From: Eledone cirrhosa
Taxonomy: Eukaryota
NCBI GenBank assembly: GCA_964016885.1
Contig: OZ024741.1
Location: 69,440,001 to 69,504,000 of the forward strand
DNA length: 64,000 nt
Direction: 5' to 3'
Under the pieces are notes generated by a model. The model saw only the letters and a list, made by a program, of their open reading frames with translations, had not been told where the DNA came from and searched no databases. A program made the translations under genes and the position numbers. Positions 1 to 11,699 of the stretch are shown in pieces (positions within the stretch are counted from its first letter, which is position 1; every line of letters starts with the position of its first letter).

Positions 1-720
1 CATAAAAGATGTAGTGGGATCACAGGTAAGCTAACTAAGAACATAGATTTTACATGTGGCCGGTGCTCTGGTGCAATAAGTAGCAGCAAGTGCCCACAAA
101 ATACTAGCTCCTTCAACTGCGCAGAGGGTTCTATAGAAATAGTGGACAGCTTCCGTTATCTGGGTGACAAAATCAGCAGTGGGGGAGGGTGCTCTGAAAG
201 TACAGTAGCTAGAGTCAGAACTGGATGGAAAAAGTTCAGAGAGCTTATACCACTATTAGCCGCTAGAGGGTTCTCCCTAAAAATGAAAGGCAGGTTATAC
301 GATGCCTGCATACGAACAGCAATGCTGCATGGCAGTGAGACCTGGGCATTGTGTGCAGAGGATATACGCAGACTAGAGAGGAACGAAGCTTGCATGCTCC
401 GCTGGATGTGCAATAGTAATATACGTGAACGGCAAAGCATAAACGAACTAAGGAAAAAATTAGAAATAAGAGGGATCAGATGTTGTTTACTCGAGAGAAG
501 GCTACGTTGGTACGGTCACGTGATGCGCATGAAAGACGACAGCTGTATAACAAAGTGCAGGGCAATAAAGATAGACGGTAGCCACGGAGTAGGCAGACCC
601 AGAAAAACATGGGACGAGCTGATAAATTCCGACCTCACACGCTTACACCTCTCCAAGACAATGTCACTGGACCGAGACCTTTGGCGGTACTCAGTAATAG
701 AGAAGACCCGCCTTACCTAA
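1..720 (+). mobile_element. RTE-clade LINE, C-terminal part of the RT ORF (open from window start)
   Basis: Frame 1 is open from base 1 (HKRCSG...FTCGRC...IVDSFRYLGD...ARVRTGWKKFREL...LHGSETWAL...RRLRWYGHVMR...GRPRKTW...DRDLWR) to the stop at 718-720; these are RTE-clade RT C-terminal motifs. Confidence 0.9.
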
Positions 721-1204
721 ATACAAAGTAAAAACCTACTACAGTCAGTAGGCATCTCTATCAAAACACACCCCCGTCCCACCACCTCCACCCCACCCAC
801 ACCGCCCCTTTCAATGTAAAGTTATGTTGGTCCCACAACATCCAGGCCGAAACAAATGAGATCGTGTAGGTGTCACGACAAAAAACACACAGTCCACGCT
901 GTAAATGTGGCCGTGTAGGCAACACGGTAAAAACCTCCCAGCCCCACACTGTAAATGTGGTTGGTGTTAGGAAGGGCATCCAGCTGTAGAAAACCCGCCA
1001 GACAGTCCACGCTGTAATGTGGCCGTGTAGGCAACACGGTAAAAACCTCCCAGCCCCACACTGTAAATGTGGTTGGTGTTAGGAAGAGCATCCAACTGTA
1101 GAAAACCCGCCAGACAGTCCTATGCGAGCAAGACAACCACTCTTGCCTCAAGTGGGAAAACCCCCGTCCAAACCCATGCAAGCGTGGAACACGGACGCTA
1201 AACC

Positions 1205-1238
<34 letters not shown>
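721..1238 (+). mobile_element. 3' UTR and (GAT)n tail of the RTE LINE
   Basis: Follows the ORF stop, contains a tandemly duplicated ~113-bp module and ends in (GAT)n; near-identical to 52600-52884. Confidence 0.85.
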
Positions 1239-1239
<1 letters not shown>

Positions 1240-1431
1240 TATGTGTGTATGCATATGTATGTATGTATGTGTATATATGTATGTATGTGTATATATGTAT
1301 GTATGTGTATATATGTATGTATGTATGTGTATATATGTATGTATGTGTATATATGTATGTATGTGTATATATATGTATGTATGTATGTATGTGTATATAT
1401 ATGTATGTATGTATGTATATATGTATGTATG

Positions 1432-1477
<46 letters not shown>

Positions 1478-1506
1478 TATATGTATGTATGTATGTATGT
1501 ATATAT
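1239..1506. repeat. (TATG)n/(TA)n microsatellite
   Basis: Directly visible simple repeat; explains the MYV/HTY ORFs. Confidence 0.95.
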
Positions 1507-2061
1507 CATGGTCGGGTCGTTGGTGACTAAACTGGCAACCCCACCAAGGTTTCTTGGTGAGGAGGGTGACTTTGGACATCCTGCAGGACTAAAAACAAAA
1601 CCTGTCAAAGGGCAAAGGAGCTCATAAGAGTCAATGGCCATCCAAAATCACCGGGAGAGATGACCCCTTCGCCTTTGTCAAGGCAGAATTCTAGGAGAAG
1701 GAAACTGATATAACACCTGCAACCCTGATGGTATCCAATGATGTTGACTCGTTCTTCTTTTTGGTAAATATCATCTTGGTTAAGAGAGTGGGACTGGCTT
1801 TGTGCAGTGCCTTTGCTCACTATAAAGGCTTCATGGCACAGGCATTGCTTTATATCTGGAGATCTCTCTGCACTTGTCGTCACATGGTACCATGGGCCCA
1901 GCACTGTGTGTCAATAATTGTCACAAGTGTAGTGTTTGTACCAGAGTTTTCAAGTCGCTGGCTGGACTAAAAAGTCACACTCGTTCAGCGCATCGGTAGG
2001 GGGTTCTCCTACATGGATATAAAGTAGTGGCCCTACTCGAAAACGAGTTGGCAGCCACCAT
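1507..2061 (+). mobile_element. Non-autonomous RTE-derived element (putative 5' region fused to an RTE 3' end with C2H2 finger remnant)
   Basis: Complex sequence between TA microsatellites; ~1916-1999 reads NCHKCSVCTRVFKSLAGLKSHTRSAHR*; the first ~100 bp recur inverted at 61705-61803. Confidence 0.6.
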
Positions 2062-2311
2062 GTATATATACACATATTTATTCACATGTTTTAATATAGA
2101 AAAGAATAGATTTATATCTCTCGCTCTCTCACTCTCTCTCTCTCTTTCTCTCAGATGCAGAGAGAGAGAAGGGGAGATAATGTAATATTAAAATCAGACA
2201 ATACCCCATGCAAGCATACAAAGTCATATATACTTCATCTGTAACATAAAGCTGTCTTCTCATTGATATATAGAACTCTTAAAAGTGTATGCTTATTTAT
2301 ATATTCATCTA

Positions 2312-2677
2312 TTCTTTTATACTTTTCCTGGTATCTGTCATTAGACTGTGGCCATGCTGGAGCCACCACATTCATTTAGTTGATCATATCGATTCCAGTA
2401 CTTATGTTTTTCAAACTTGGCACTTATTTTATCAGTCTCGTTTTTTTGTTTTTTTTTGTTGTTGCTATTGAGCTGCTAATGTACAGGACATAAACACACA
2501 CACACACACACGCACACGCACACACGCACAACAGGCTATTGTAGTTTCAGGCTACCAAATTCTATTCATAAAGGCTATAGCAGATACTTGCCAAAGATGC
2601 AGTGCACTAGAGTTAAACCCAGATGCAGAACCATTTGGTTGAGAAGTGAACCCTTTAACCACACAACCATGCCTGCA
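2312..2677 (-). mobile_element. tRNA-derived SINE (family B, internal (CA)n)
   Basis: Reverse complement starts ggcatggttgtgtggttaaag... with a tRNA-like head; related pieces at ~39155-39295 and ~39660-39800. Confidence 0.7.
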
Positions 2678-2679
2678 TC

Positions 2680-2733
<54 letters not shown>

Positions 2734-2811
2734 GTAAACAAATAACAAAGTAAACAACACAGTACAATTAAGAAATATATTAGTTTAACGCTTGAAATAA
2801 TAGGAAAAGAG

Positions 2812-2882
<71 letters not shown>

Positions 2883-2988
2883 TATATATATATATATTGA
2901 TATATGATATATGTATGTGTATGTATGGATGTGTTGATATTTATGTGTGTATGTGTGTATTTATATACATATATATGTGTGTGTGTAT

Positions 2989-3062
<74 letters not shown>

Positions 3063-3100
3063 ATGCTTTTGTGCGTGTTTGTGTGTGTTTGCATGTGTGG
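2678..3100. repeat. (TA)n/(TG)n microsatellite cluster
   Basis: Direct observation. Confidence 0.95.
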
Positions 3101-3292
3101 TTTTATTTTATTTTTCCTTTCCTTCTTCTTTCTCCAGCCTCACTTTCATATAGATTGCATTTTTGTTTTTTAAAATCCAAATTCAATAAACAGACCAGGA
3201 TTTTTTCATTCTGAGGATTGAAAGCAAAATCTTTTGCTTTTAAGAAACCACGGGTAAATGGAATAATTGCCTTATGTTGTTTATTACATAAC

Positions 3293-3330
<38 letters not shown>

Positions 3331-3331
3331 C

Positions 3332-3366
<35 letters not shown>

Positions 3367-3744
3367 GTGTGTGTGTATATATATATGTGTGTATGTATTA
3401 AAAATAAATATTAATAATATTAAAAATACAGTCTGTATACGTATGCATACACACACTGTACTTTTAATATATTTTGATATTTATTTTTAACATTATAAAC
3501 ATTAATCAGATTGACTTTTCTATGACAGATGCTTTTACTTCTGTTAAATAATTAGATAATGGAAGATACTGCATCATGTGAGACACATAGATGTATCTTT
3601 TGGAGATTGTTGTTGCTGTTGTTGTTTTGAAATATTTTTGCAGCCTTATCAACCTTATTCTGTTGCAGCTGTTAGATTGCAACCATTGCAATACAGCAAA
3701 GAACACCACAAGGTTTACATGGCTTTATAAGATTTTGACATATA

Positions 3745-3926
3745 ATGGTGGCAGTGATGGTAGTGGTGATGGTGAAGGTGGTGGTAACGGTAGTGGTAGC
3801 AGTGGTGATGGTAGTGGTAGCAGTGGTGAAGGTGGTGGTAGCAGTGGTGATGGTAGTGGTAGCAGTGGTGAAGGTGGTGGTAACGGTAGTGGTAGCAGTG
3901 GTGATGGTAGTGGTAGCAGTGGTGAT
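3745..3926. repeat. Short GGT/AGT/AGC triplet-phased repeat
   Basis: Repeated ggtagcagtggtgatggtagt / ggtgaaggtggtggt units. Confidence 0.9.
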
Positions 3927-4061
3927 ACCACATGTATCTATTGATTGAAATATTGATATGTAGATTTATTGATTAAATTTTGATCTCTTCCTTTGAAACA
4001 ATTGTAAAGTAATAAACACTTCTTCGTGAATGTTGGTTGAACTTCTCTAATTCTAACTTTG

Positions 4062-4270
4062 ATATTCCCTCTCTGCCTATATATTCCCTCTCTGCCTATA
4101 TATTCCCTTTCTGCCTATATATTCCCTCTCTGCCTATATATTCCCTCTCTGCCTATATATTCCCTCTCTGCCTATATATTCCCTCTCTGCCTATATATTC
4201 CCTCTCTGCCTATATATTCCCTCTCTGCCTATATATTCCCTCTCTGCCTATATATTCCCTCTCTGCCTAT
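4062..4270. repeat. 19-bp minisatellite, 11 copies
   Basis: Unit atattccctctctgcctat; 209 bp / 19 = 11 copies, one carrying a single substitution. Confidence 0.95.
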
Positions 4271-4426
4271 ATATGTACTGCCTGGCTTAAACTATGTGTT
4301 GCCCTCTCTAAACACCTGCCTTGCAGGTAATACACACTGAGCACCCTGCCCTCCTGTCTACTGGCATTTAATTTTCACACACTAATCTTTACACTCTCTT
4401 CTTGGATTAGATTGTATATTTACTTA

Positions 4427-4479
<53 letters not shown>

Positions 4480-4621
4480 GTCGCTGTATTCATTTTGCAA
4501 AGCTGTCTAAACGTAATGTTATAACTCTAGGGTATACGCTATCCGAGTGCTTAGCTGCACACCGAAACTGCATTCGTTAGCTTGGCTGTAACCATAGCTT
4601 CGTTGATGCTGAACTAAATTT

Positions 4622-4695
<74 letters not shown>

Positions 4696-4812
4696 AGGAA
4701 AAGAGTCAGGACCCTGATGGCTGAGCTCTGGCTGTTTTGATAGTTAGTTCTAGTTCGGATCTAGCTGTCGAAATGGGTGGATCTCAGCCATCGGGGTTCT
4801 GACTCTTTTCCT
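4696..4812 (+). ncRNA. Long gap-free RNA hairpin (candidate structured RNA)
   Basis: Hand pairing of 4696-4751 with 4757-4812 gives 43 Watson-Crick, 10 G-U and 3 mismatched positions, with loop agttc. The hairpin is certain; that it is a functional RNA is not shown. Confidence 0.5.
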
Positions 4813-5042
4813 ATTACCCACTCTTCTACCCTAAGTATTGAGTACTCTGGTGCATTATGGTCCACCTGGTTTCTTACCACACTTTTTTTGTTTATATATA
4901 TTTATACACACATACACACACACACACACACGCCCCTGTCTGTCCACAAGTGTCTTTGTCTTGTTATTTGTCTAAATATTTATCTATCTACCTCTGTCTG
5001 GGCAGTATTTTCACTAATCCACTGTTATTGTTTGTTATACAG

Positions 5043-5125
5043 GGGACTTATGACCACCACAAGTGTGTTACCATTCAAATGGAACTATTTGGAAAAAAAT
5101 ACAAAATCCGATTGGACCTTAACAA
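5043..5125 (+). CDS. ADAM-family metalloprotease prodomain exon A (mind-meld/UNC-71/ADAM11-22-23-like)
   Basis: ttgttatacAG acceptor and GTAAGT donor; 83 nt, GTYDHHKCVTIQMELFGKKYKIRLDLN+aa (phase 2), joining in frame to exon B. Confidence 0.85.
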
Positions 5126-5251
5126 GTAAGTGTTGTTATATATTAATGTTTTCCAAATGAAATATTGAAAATATCATATTTGCTTATATTTCCTGATAAT
5201 GAATATGTGAGTGTCCTGAACGCAGAAAATAACTGTAATAACACTTGATCA

Positions 5252-5436
5252 TGAATTGGCAGTATCGGTAGATAGTCAGACGCCATGCTTTCCAGCATAG
5301 AGTTACGTCCCTTTACGGACCGAGTTCAAATCCCGCCGAGGTGAACTTTGCCTTTCATCCTTACTAGGTCGATAAAATAAAATACCAGTAATGTACTGGG
5401 CAATTGCTGGCCTTGTGTCAAAAGTAGAAAGTGAAA
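5252..5436 (+). mobile_element. tRNA-derived SINE (family A)
   Basis: A-box-like tggcagtatcgg, B-box gagttcaaatccc, conserved core aactttgcctttcatcc...gtcgataaaataa...taccagt; more than ten copies in the window. Confidence 0.85.
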
Positions 5437-6204
5437 TATACAAACGTGTATATATATATATATATACAATTATATAATTATAGATAATAGTTGAGAAACA
5501 AACCCCTGTATCTCTCAAATACTCTGTATGTGTGTTTTACTATTATGCTTTTTTAGGATGCTATACTAGCTTGGAGTTAGAATGTAGCTGATGAAGCACT
5601 GAGTGTTTAAAATAAAAAAAAATTTAAATGTGACCACCCCAAATGCTGACAATAATTGTAATAACACTCTATCACTAAACTGGCCGTATCTGGGCAGAAT
5701 TCTTTCACCTCTTTCTGTTCAAACCGGCCATGACTGGCTGTTCATACTTATGTTAAGGTATTGTTCTCAAAATAAATAATATCAAAATCTTGTAGATTTG
5801 ATATTATGTGAGATAAAGTGTTTACCGTGAAAATACAGTAGTATATATATATTTTTTAATGCTAAAGGATTAATTGTCAAAGACCTTCTCCAGGTTGACA
5901 CATGTTAAGTGTAGTGGTTTACTCCTAAGTACTTCCCATACAGTTGTTTTACAAGGAAGAAGGAATTGGTTGTACCTCTTCCTGGCATGAAGCCAAATTG
6001 CCTCTCATCTGGACTAATTCTGTTCCTATTCTGTTGTCTTTTTTCCTTGTGTTATAACTGTTTCAGTAACTTGTGTGTGTGGGTGTATGAATGTATATAT
6101 GTATATATATGTGTGTGTGTGTGTATGGCTGTACTTGGATACACACACACATGTATGTATGTGTGCATGTATATATGTACGTATATGTATATATGGCCAT
6201 ACTT

Positions 6205-6252
<48 letters not shown>

Positions 6253-6258
6253 GTGTGA

Positions 6259-6296
<38 letters not shown>

Positions 6297-6535
6297 GTTT
6301 GTATATTTCACTTCTGCCCACCCCAATGCCTATACTTTATACACACTCTACATCATTATAACTCCTCTCACTTATACCCTTCTTTTCTCTCTCATCCTCC
6401 TACTATTCCTCCTACCACTACCCCTTTCCTTTTTTACCATTAAACCAATTAAGTTGTTCAACCAACAGTACAAAATGTTTATACACATCTGTCTTTGTTG
6501 AACCTTGTTTCTCTTATTTTGTCATTGCATTATTG

Positions 6536-9500
6536 ATGGTGGTGGTGGTGGTGGTAGTGTTTGTGGTGGTAGTAGTGTTGGTGGTGGTAGTAGTGCTGGT
6601 GGTGGTAGTAGTGCTGGTGGTGGTAGTAGTGTTGGTGGTGGTAGTAGTGTTGGTGGTGGTAGTAGTGCTGGTGGTGGTAGTAGTGCTGGTGGTGGTGGTA
6701 GTGTTGGTGGTGGTGGTAGTGTTGGTGGTGGTAGTAGTGTTGGTGGTGGTAGTAGTGTTGGTGGTGGTAGTAGTGCTGGTGGTGGTGGTAGTGTTGGTGA
6801 TGGTAATGGTAGTGGTGGTAGTAATGTTGGTGGTAGTGTTGGTGGTGGTGGTAGTGTTGGTGATGGTGGTGGTAGTAGTGTTAGTGGTAGTGTTGGTGGT
6901 GGTAGTAGTGTTGGTGGTAGTGGTAGTGTTGGTGGTAGTGTTGGTGGTGGTGGTAGTGTTGGTGATGGTGGTGGTAATAGTGTTGGTGATGGTAATAATG
7001 GTGGTGGTGGTGGTTGTAGTAATGTTGGTGGTAGTGTTGGTGGTGGTAGTAGTGTTGGTGGTGGTAGTAGTGGTGGTGGTGGTGGTAGTGTTGGTGATGG
7101 TAGTGGTAGTGGTGGTAGTGTTGGTGGTGGTAGTGTTGGTGGTGGTAGTGTTGGTGATGGTGGTAGTAGTGGTGGTGGTGGTGATGGTGGTGGTAGTAGT
7201 GGTGGTGATGGTGGTGGTGGTGGTGGTGGTGGTGGTGGTGGTGATGGTGATGGTGATGGTGGTGGTAGTGTTGATGGTGGTGGTAGTGTTGGTGGTGGTG
7301 GTAGTGTTGGTGGTGGTGGTAGTGTTGGTAGTGTTGGTGGTGGTAGTAGTGGTGGTGGTAGTGTTGGTGATGGTGGTGGTAGTAGTGTTGGTGATGGTGG
7401 CGGTAGTAGTGTTGGTGATGGTAGTAATGTTGGTGGTGGTAATAGTGGTGGTGATGGTGGTGGTAGTAATGTTGGTGGTAGTGTTGGTGGTGGTAGTAGT
7501 GTTGGTGGTGGTAGTAGTGGTGGTGGTAGTAATGTTGGTGGTAGTGTTGGTGATGGTAGTGGTGGTAGTAGTGGTGGTGGTAGTAGTAATGGTGGTGGTA
7601 GTGGTGGTGGTGGTGGTAGTGGTGGTGGTGGTGGTGGTGGTAGTGGTGGTGGTGGTGGTAGTAGTGTTGGTTGTAGTTGTGGTGTTGGTGGCGGTAGTAG
7701 TGTTGGTGGTAGTAGTGGTGGTGGTGGTAGTAGTAATGGTGGTGGTAGTGTTGTTGGTGGTGGTGGTAGTAGTGTTGGTGATGGTCGTGGTAGTGGTAAT
7801 GTTGGTAGTGGTGGTGTTGGTGGTGGTAGTAGTGTTGGTGATGGTCGTGTTGGTGGTGGTGGTGGTGGTAGTAGTGTTGGTGGTGGTGGTGGTGGTAGTA
7901 GTGTTGGTGGTGGTGGTAGTTGTGTTGATGGTGGTGGTGATGGTAGTGGTAGTGTTGGTGATGGTAGTGGTAGTGTTGGTGGTGGTAGTCGTGTTGGTGA
8001 TGGTGGTGGTAGTAGTGTTGGTGATGGTAGTGGTAGTGTTGGTGGTGGTAGTAGTAATGGTAGTGGTGGTGGTGTTGGTGGTAGTGGTAGTGTTGGTGGT
8101 GGTAGTGGTGGTGGTGGTAGTGGTGGTGTTGGTGGTGGTAGTGTTGGTGATGGTAGTAGTGTTGGTGGTAGTGTTGGTGATGGTGGTGGTAGTTGTGTTG
8201 TTGATGGTGGTGGTGGTAGTTGTGTTGATGGTGGTGGTAGTAGTGTTGGTGATGGTAGTGTTGGTGGTGGTGGTGGTGGTAGTAGTGTTAGTGATGGTAG
8301 TATTGTTGGTGATGGTGGTGGTAGTATTGTTGGTGATGGTGGTGGTAGTAGTGTTGGTGATGGTAGTGGTAGTGTTGGTGATGGTAGTGGTAGTGTTGGT
8401 GGTGGTAGTCGTGTTGGTGGTGGTGGTAGTAATAATGGTAGTGGTAGTGATGGTGGTAGTGTTGGTGGTAGTGTTGGTGGTGGTAGTGTTGGTGATGGTA
8501 GTAGTGTTGGTGATGGTAGTGGTAGTGTTGGTGGTGGTAGTAGTGTTGGTGATGGTGGTGGTAGTAGTGTTGGTGATGGTGGTGGTGGTAGTAGTGTTGG
8601 TGGTGGTAGTAGTTTTGGTGATGGTAGTGGTAGTGTTGGTGGTGGTAGTAGTGTTGGTGATGGTAGTGGTAGTAGTGTTGGTGATGGTAGTGGTGGTAGT
8701 GTTGGTGATGGTAGTGGTACTGTTGGTGGTGGTAGCGGTAGTGTTGATGGTTCGTAGTAGTGTTGGTGATGGTGGTGGTAATAGTGTTGGTGATGGTAGT
8801 GGTAGTGGTTGTAGTAGTGTTGGTGATGGTAGTGGTAGTAGTGTTGGTGGTGGTAGTAGTGTTGGTAGTGGTAGTAGTGTTGGTGATGGTTGTGGTAGTG
8901 TTGGTGGTTGTAGTGTTGGTGGTGGTGGTAGTGGTAGTGTTGGTGGTGGTAGTAGTGTTGGTGATGGTAGTGTTTGTGGTGGTGGTGGTAGTAGTGTTGG
9001 CGATGGTAGTGGTAGTAGTGTTGGTGATGGTGGTGGTGGTAGTGTTGGTGATGGTAGTGGTAGTGTTGGTGGTGGTAGTAGTGTTGGTGGTGGTGGTGGT
9101 GGTGGTGGTGGTAGTGTTGGTGATGGTCGTGGTAGTAGTGTTGGTGATGGTGGTGGTGGTAGTGTTGATGGTAGTGGTAGTGTTGGTGGTGGTAGTAGTG
9201 TTGGTGGTGGTGGTAGTGGTGGTGGTGGTGGTGGTGGTGGTGGTGGTAGTGTTGGTGATGGTGGTGGTGGTAGTGTTGGTAGTGGTGATGGTGGTAGTGG
9301 TGGTAGTAGTGTTGGTGATGGTGGTGGTAGTAGTGTTGGTGATGGTAGTGGTAGTGTTGGTGGTGGTAGTAGTGTTGGTGATGGTGGTGGTAGTAGTGTT
9401 GGTGATGGTGGTGGTAGTAGTGTTGGTGATGGTAGTGGTAGTGTTGGTGGTGGTAGTAGTGTTGGTGATGGTGGTGGTAGTAGTGTTGGTGATGGTGGTG

Positions 9501-10170
9501 GTGGTAGTGTTGATGGTAGTGGTAGTGTTGGTGGTGGTAGTAGTGTTGGTGGTGGTGGTAGTGGTGGTGGTGGTGGTAGTGTTGGTGATGGTGGTGGTGG
9601 TAGTGTTGGTAGTGGTGATGGTGGTAGTGGTGGTAGTAGTGTTGGTGATGGTGGTGGTAGTAGTGTTGGTGATGGTAGTGGTAGTGTTGGTGGTGGTAGT
9701 AGTGTTGGTGATGGTGGTGGTAGTAGTGTTGGTGATGGTGGTGGTAGTAGTGTTGGTGATGGTGGTGGTAGTAGTGTTGGTGATGGTAGTGTTGGTGGTG
9801 GTAGTAGTGTTGGTGATGGTGGTGGTAGTGTTGGTGATGGTGGTGGTGGTGGTGGTGGTAGTGGTAGTGTTGGTGGCGGTAGTAGTGTTGCTGATGGTGG
9901 TGGTAGTAGTGTTGGTAGTGGTAGTGTTGGTGGTGGTAGTAGTGTTGGTGATGGTAGTGGTAGTGTTGGTGGTGGTAGTAGTGTTGGTGATGGTAGTGGT
10001 AGTGTTGGTGCTGGTAGTAGTGTTGGTGTTGGTGGTAGTGTTGGTGATGGTGGTGGTGGTAGTGGTAGTAGTGTTGGTGATGGTAGTTGGTGGTGGTGTT
10101 GTATAGGGGGTGGTCGTTGTGGTGGTTTCGGTGGCAGTTGTGATGTTTCTAGAGGTAGTTGGTGGTGATG
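6536..10170. repeat. Cryptic triplet array 1 (GGT/AGT/GTT/GAT)
   Basis: ~3.6 kb of NNT triplets; gives the poly-Val and Gly/Ser ORFs; phase slip near 8750. Confidence 0.95.
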
Positions 10171-11699
10171 GTAGAACTGTTTGGTATAACTATGACTGCT
10201 TGGGGTTGGGAATTAGTGGTGTTACTGTTGTTGTTAATAGTAGTTGTAGTAATAGTAATCATAGTAGTAGCAGTAGCAGCAGCTATTCTTCAACTGGAAA
10301 TCTAGACTGGCTGTTGGTGTCAGAATAAGATGGAGCTCTGAGTTGGAAGTTATATAACTTTTACACATGATGAGGATGTCTTAGGTGTATTAGTGTAGAG
10401 GTGATTTATGAGTTCAACATAGTACTAGAAACCATTGTGTGTGTGTGTTTGTATGTGTGTGCCTGTGTGTACGCCTGTGTGTACGCCTATGTGTGTGTGT
10501 GTGTACGCCTGTGTGTGCGTCTGTGTGTGTGTGCATGTGTGTGCGTCTGTGTGTGTCGAAGATGGTTTTGAGATGTGTAGATATTTGTGTTTACCCAACT
10601 TTAGGCGGGGGGGGGGGGTTATTCAACACTTGCAAACAGGCATGTGTGTATGCATGTAATTGAAGTTGGTTTGGGAATATGTAGGTATTTGTGTGTTTAA
10701 CACTTGCAAATATCTGTGTATGTGTGCCTGTGTGGGTCTGTGTTTGTGAGGTTCAGCTTTATGAAATGTGCATGTGTGAAGATATGTATTTATGTTTGTG
10801 TAAGATCTGATTTCTTTCCTTAACACATTGAACCCAGAAAAATCTGTGTATTCAAGTTTAGTAATCTCCCAGAAAATTAAAAGAAGAATGTTACTGGCTA
10901 GAACTATTTACAACGCTCCTCCAGCTTTGTGGAAATTGAATCATCATCATCATCATCATGTCTGTCGTCCCCCCCTCCCCCCGCTATCAAAGATTGAATA
11001 TGTCTTCACTGAAGGAGTCAGTACTTAAGTGGAGCTACTGACCTCTCAGATGGGACAGAGGCCTATTTGTGCTCTACTGGGTGTATTTTATTGTGGCACC
11101 AGCACAAGGGAGGTTCTCATCCCTTTAACACACATGAAGAGTACTTCTGAACCTTTATTTGGCAAGTTTTCTATGGCTGAGTGCCCTTCCTATTACCAAC
11201 CATTTTACAGAGTGTACATGGTGTATTTATCATGTAGATCACCAACACTAGGGAAGTTGTCATGTCTTTGACATAACTGAAGAGTCCTTCCAATTCTTTG
11301 TTTGGCAAGTTTTCTATAGCTGTTAATTTTCAAGTTAAACTAAACGTATATTTTGTAGTTATACACTTAGTAACTTTTTATGCATCAGAAGGCTTGTTGT
11401 TGTCTACCAACTACTCATCTCTCACATCGACCGGAATTTACCAATTTTGTCTGACAATATCTCTTCTATTATAAAGCTTCATTAGTGTACTGTTATCTCA
11501 AATGATTGTCTACTTGATACAAACAATCTCTCAATAACTTACATACTTCTGACTTAAATGACTTAGTCATGTATCAACTCTTAACATCTTATAATAATTT
11601 CACTGAAAATATCTCATAACTGGTTTAATTCAAATGTTTATAGTAACTTTAGTAGTGAGCAGATCATTGTGAAATTTGCAGCATTTGACTAAAGTCTGT

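Noticed and set aside
1122-3490. Many short YI/CV/HT-rich ORFs here and throughout the window
   Set aside because: Microsatellite translations.
3643-3712. Possible upstream ADAM exon after ttttgcag
   Set aside because: Weak donor (gtttac) and no recognisable prodomain similarity; the preceding exon probably lies outside the window.
5582-5620. CTGATGA followed by an agcac/gtgtt stem
   Set aside because: GAAA, stem III and stem I are missing; at most a truncated relic.
6505-10168. 750-1211 aa Gly/Ser-rich and poly-Val ORFs (and the 25959-29898 Thr/Pro/His ORFs)
   Set aside because: Produced by triplet-phased simple repeats open in several frames on both strands; phase slips, no splice or domain evidence, and located inside an ADAM intron.
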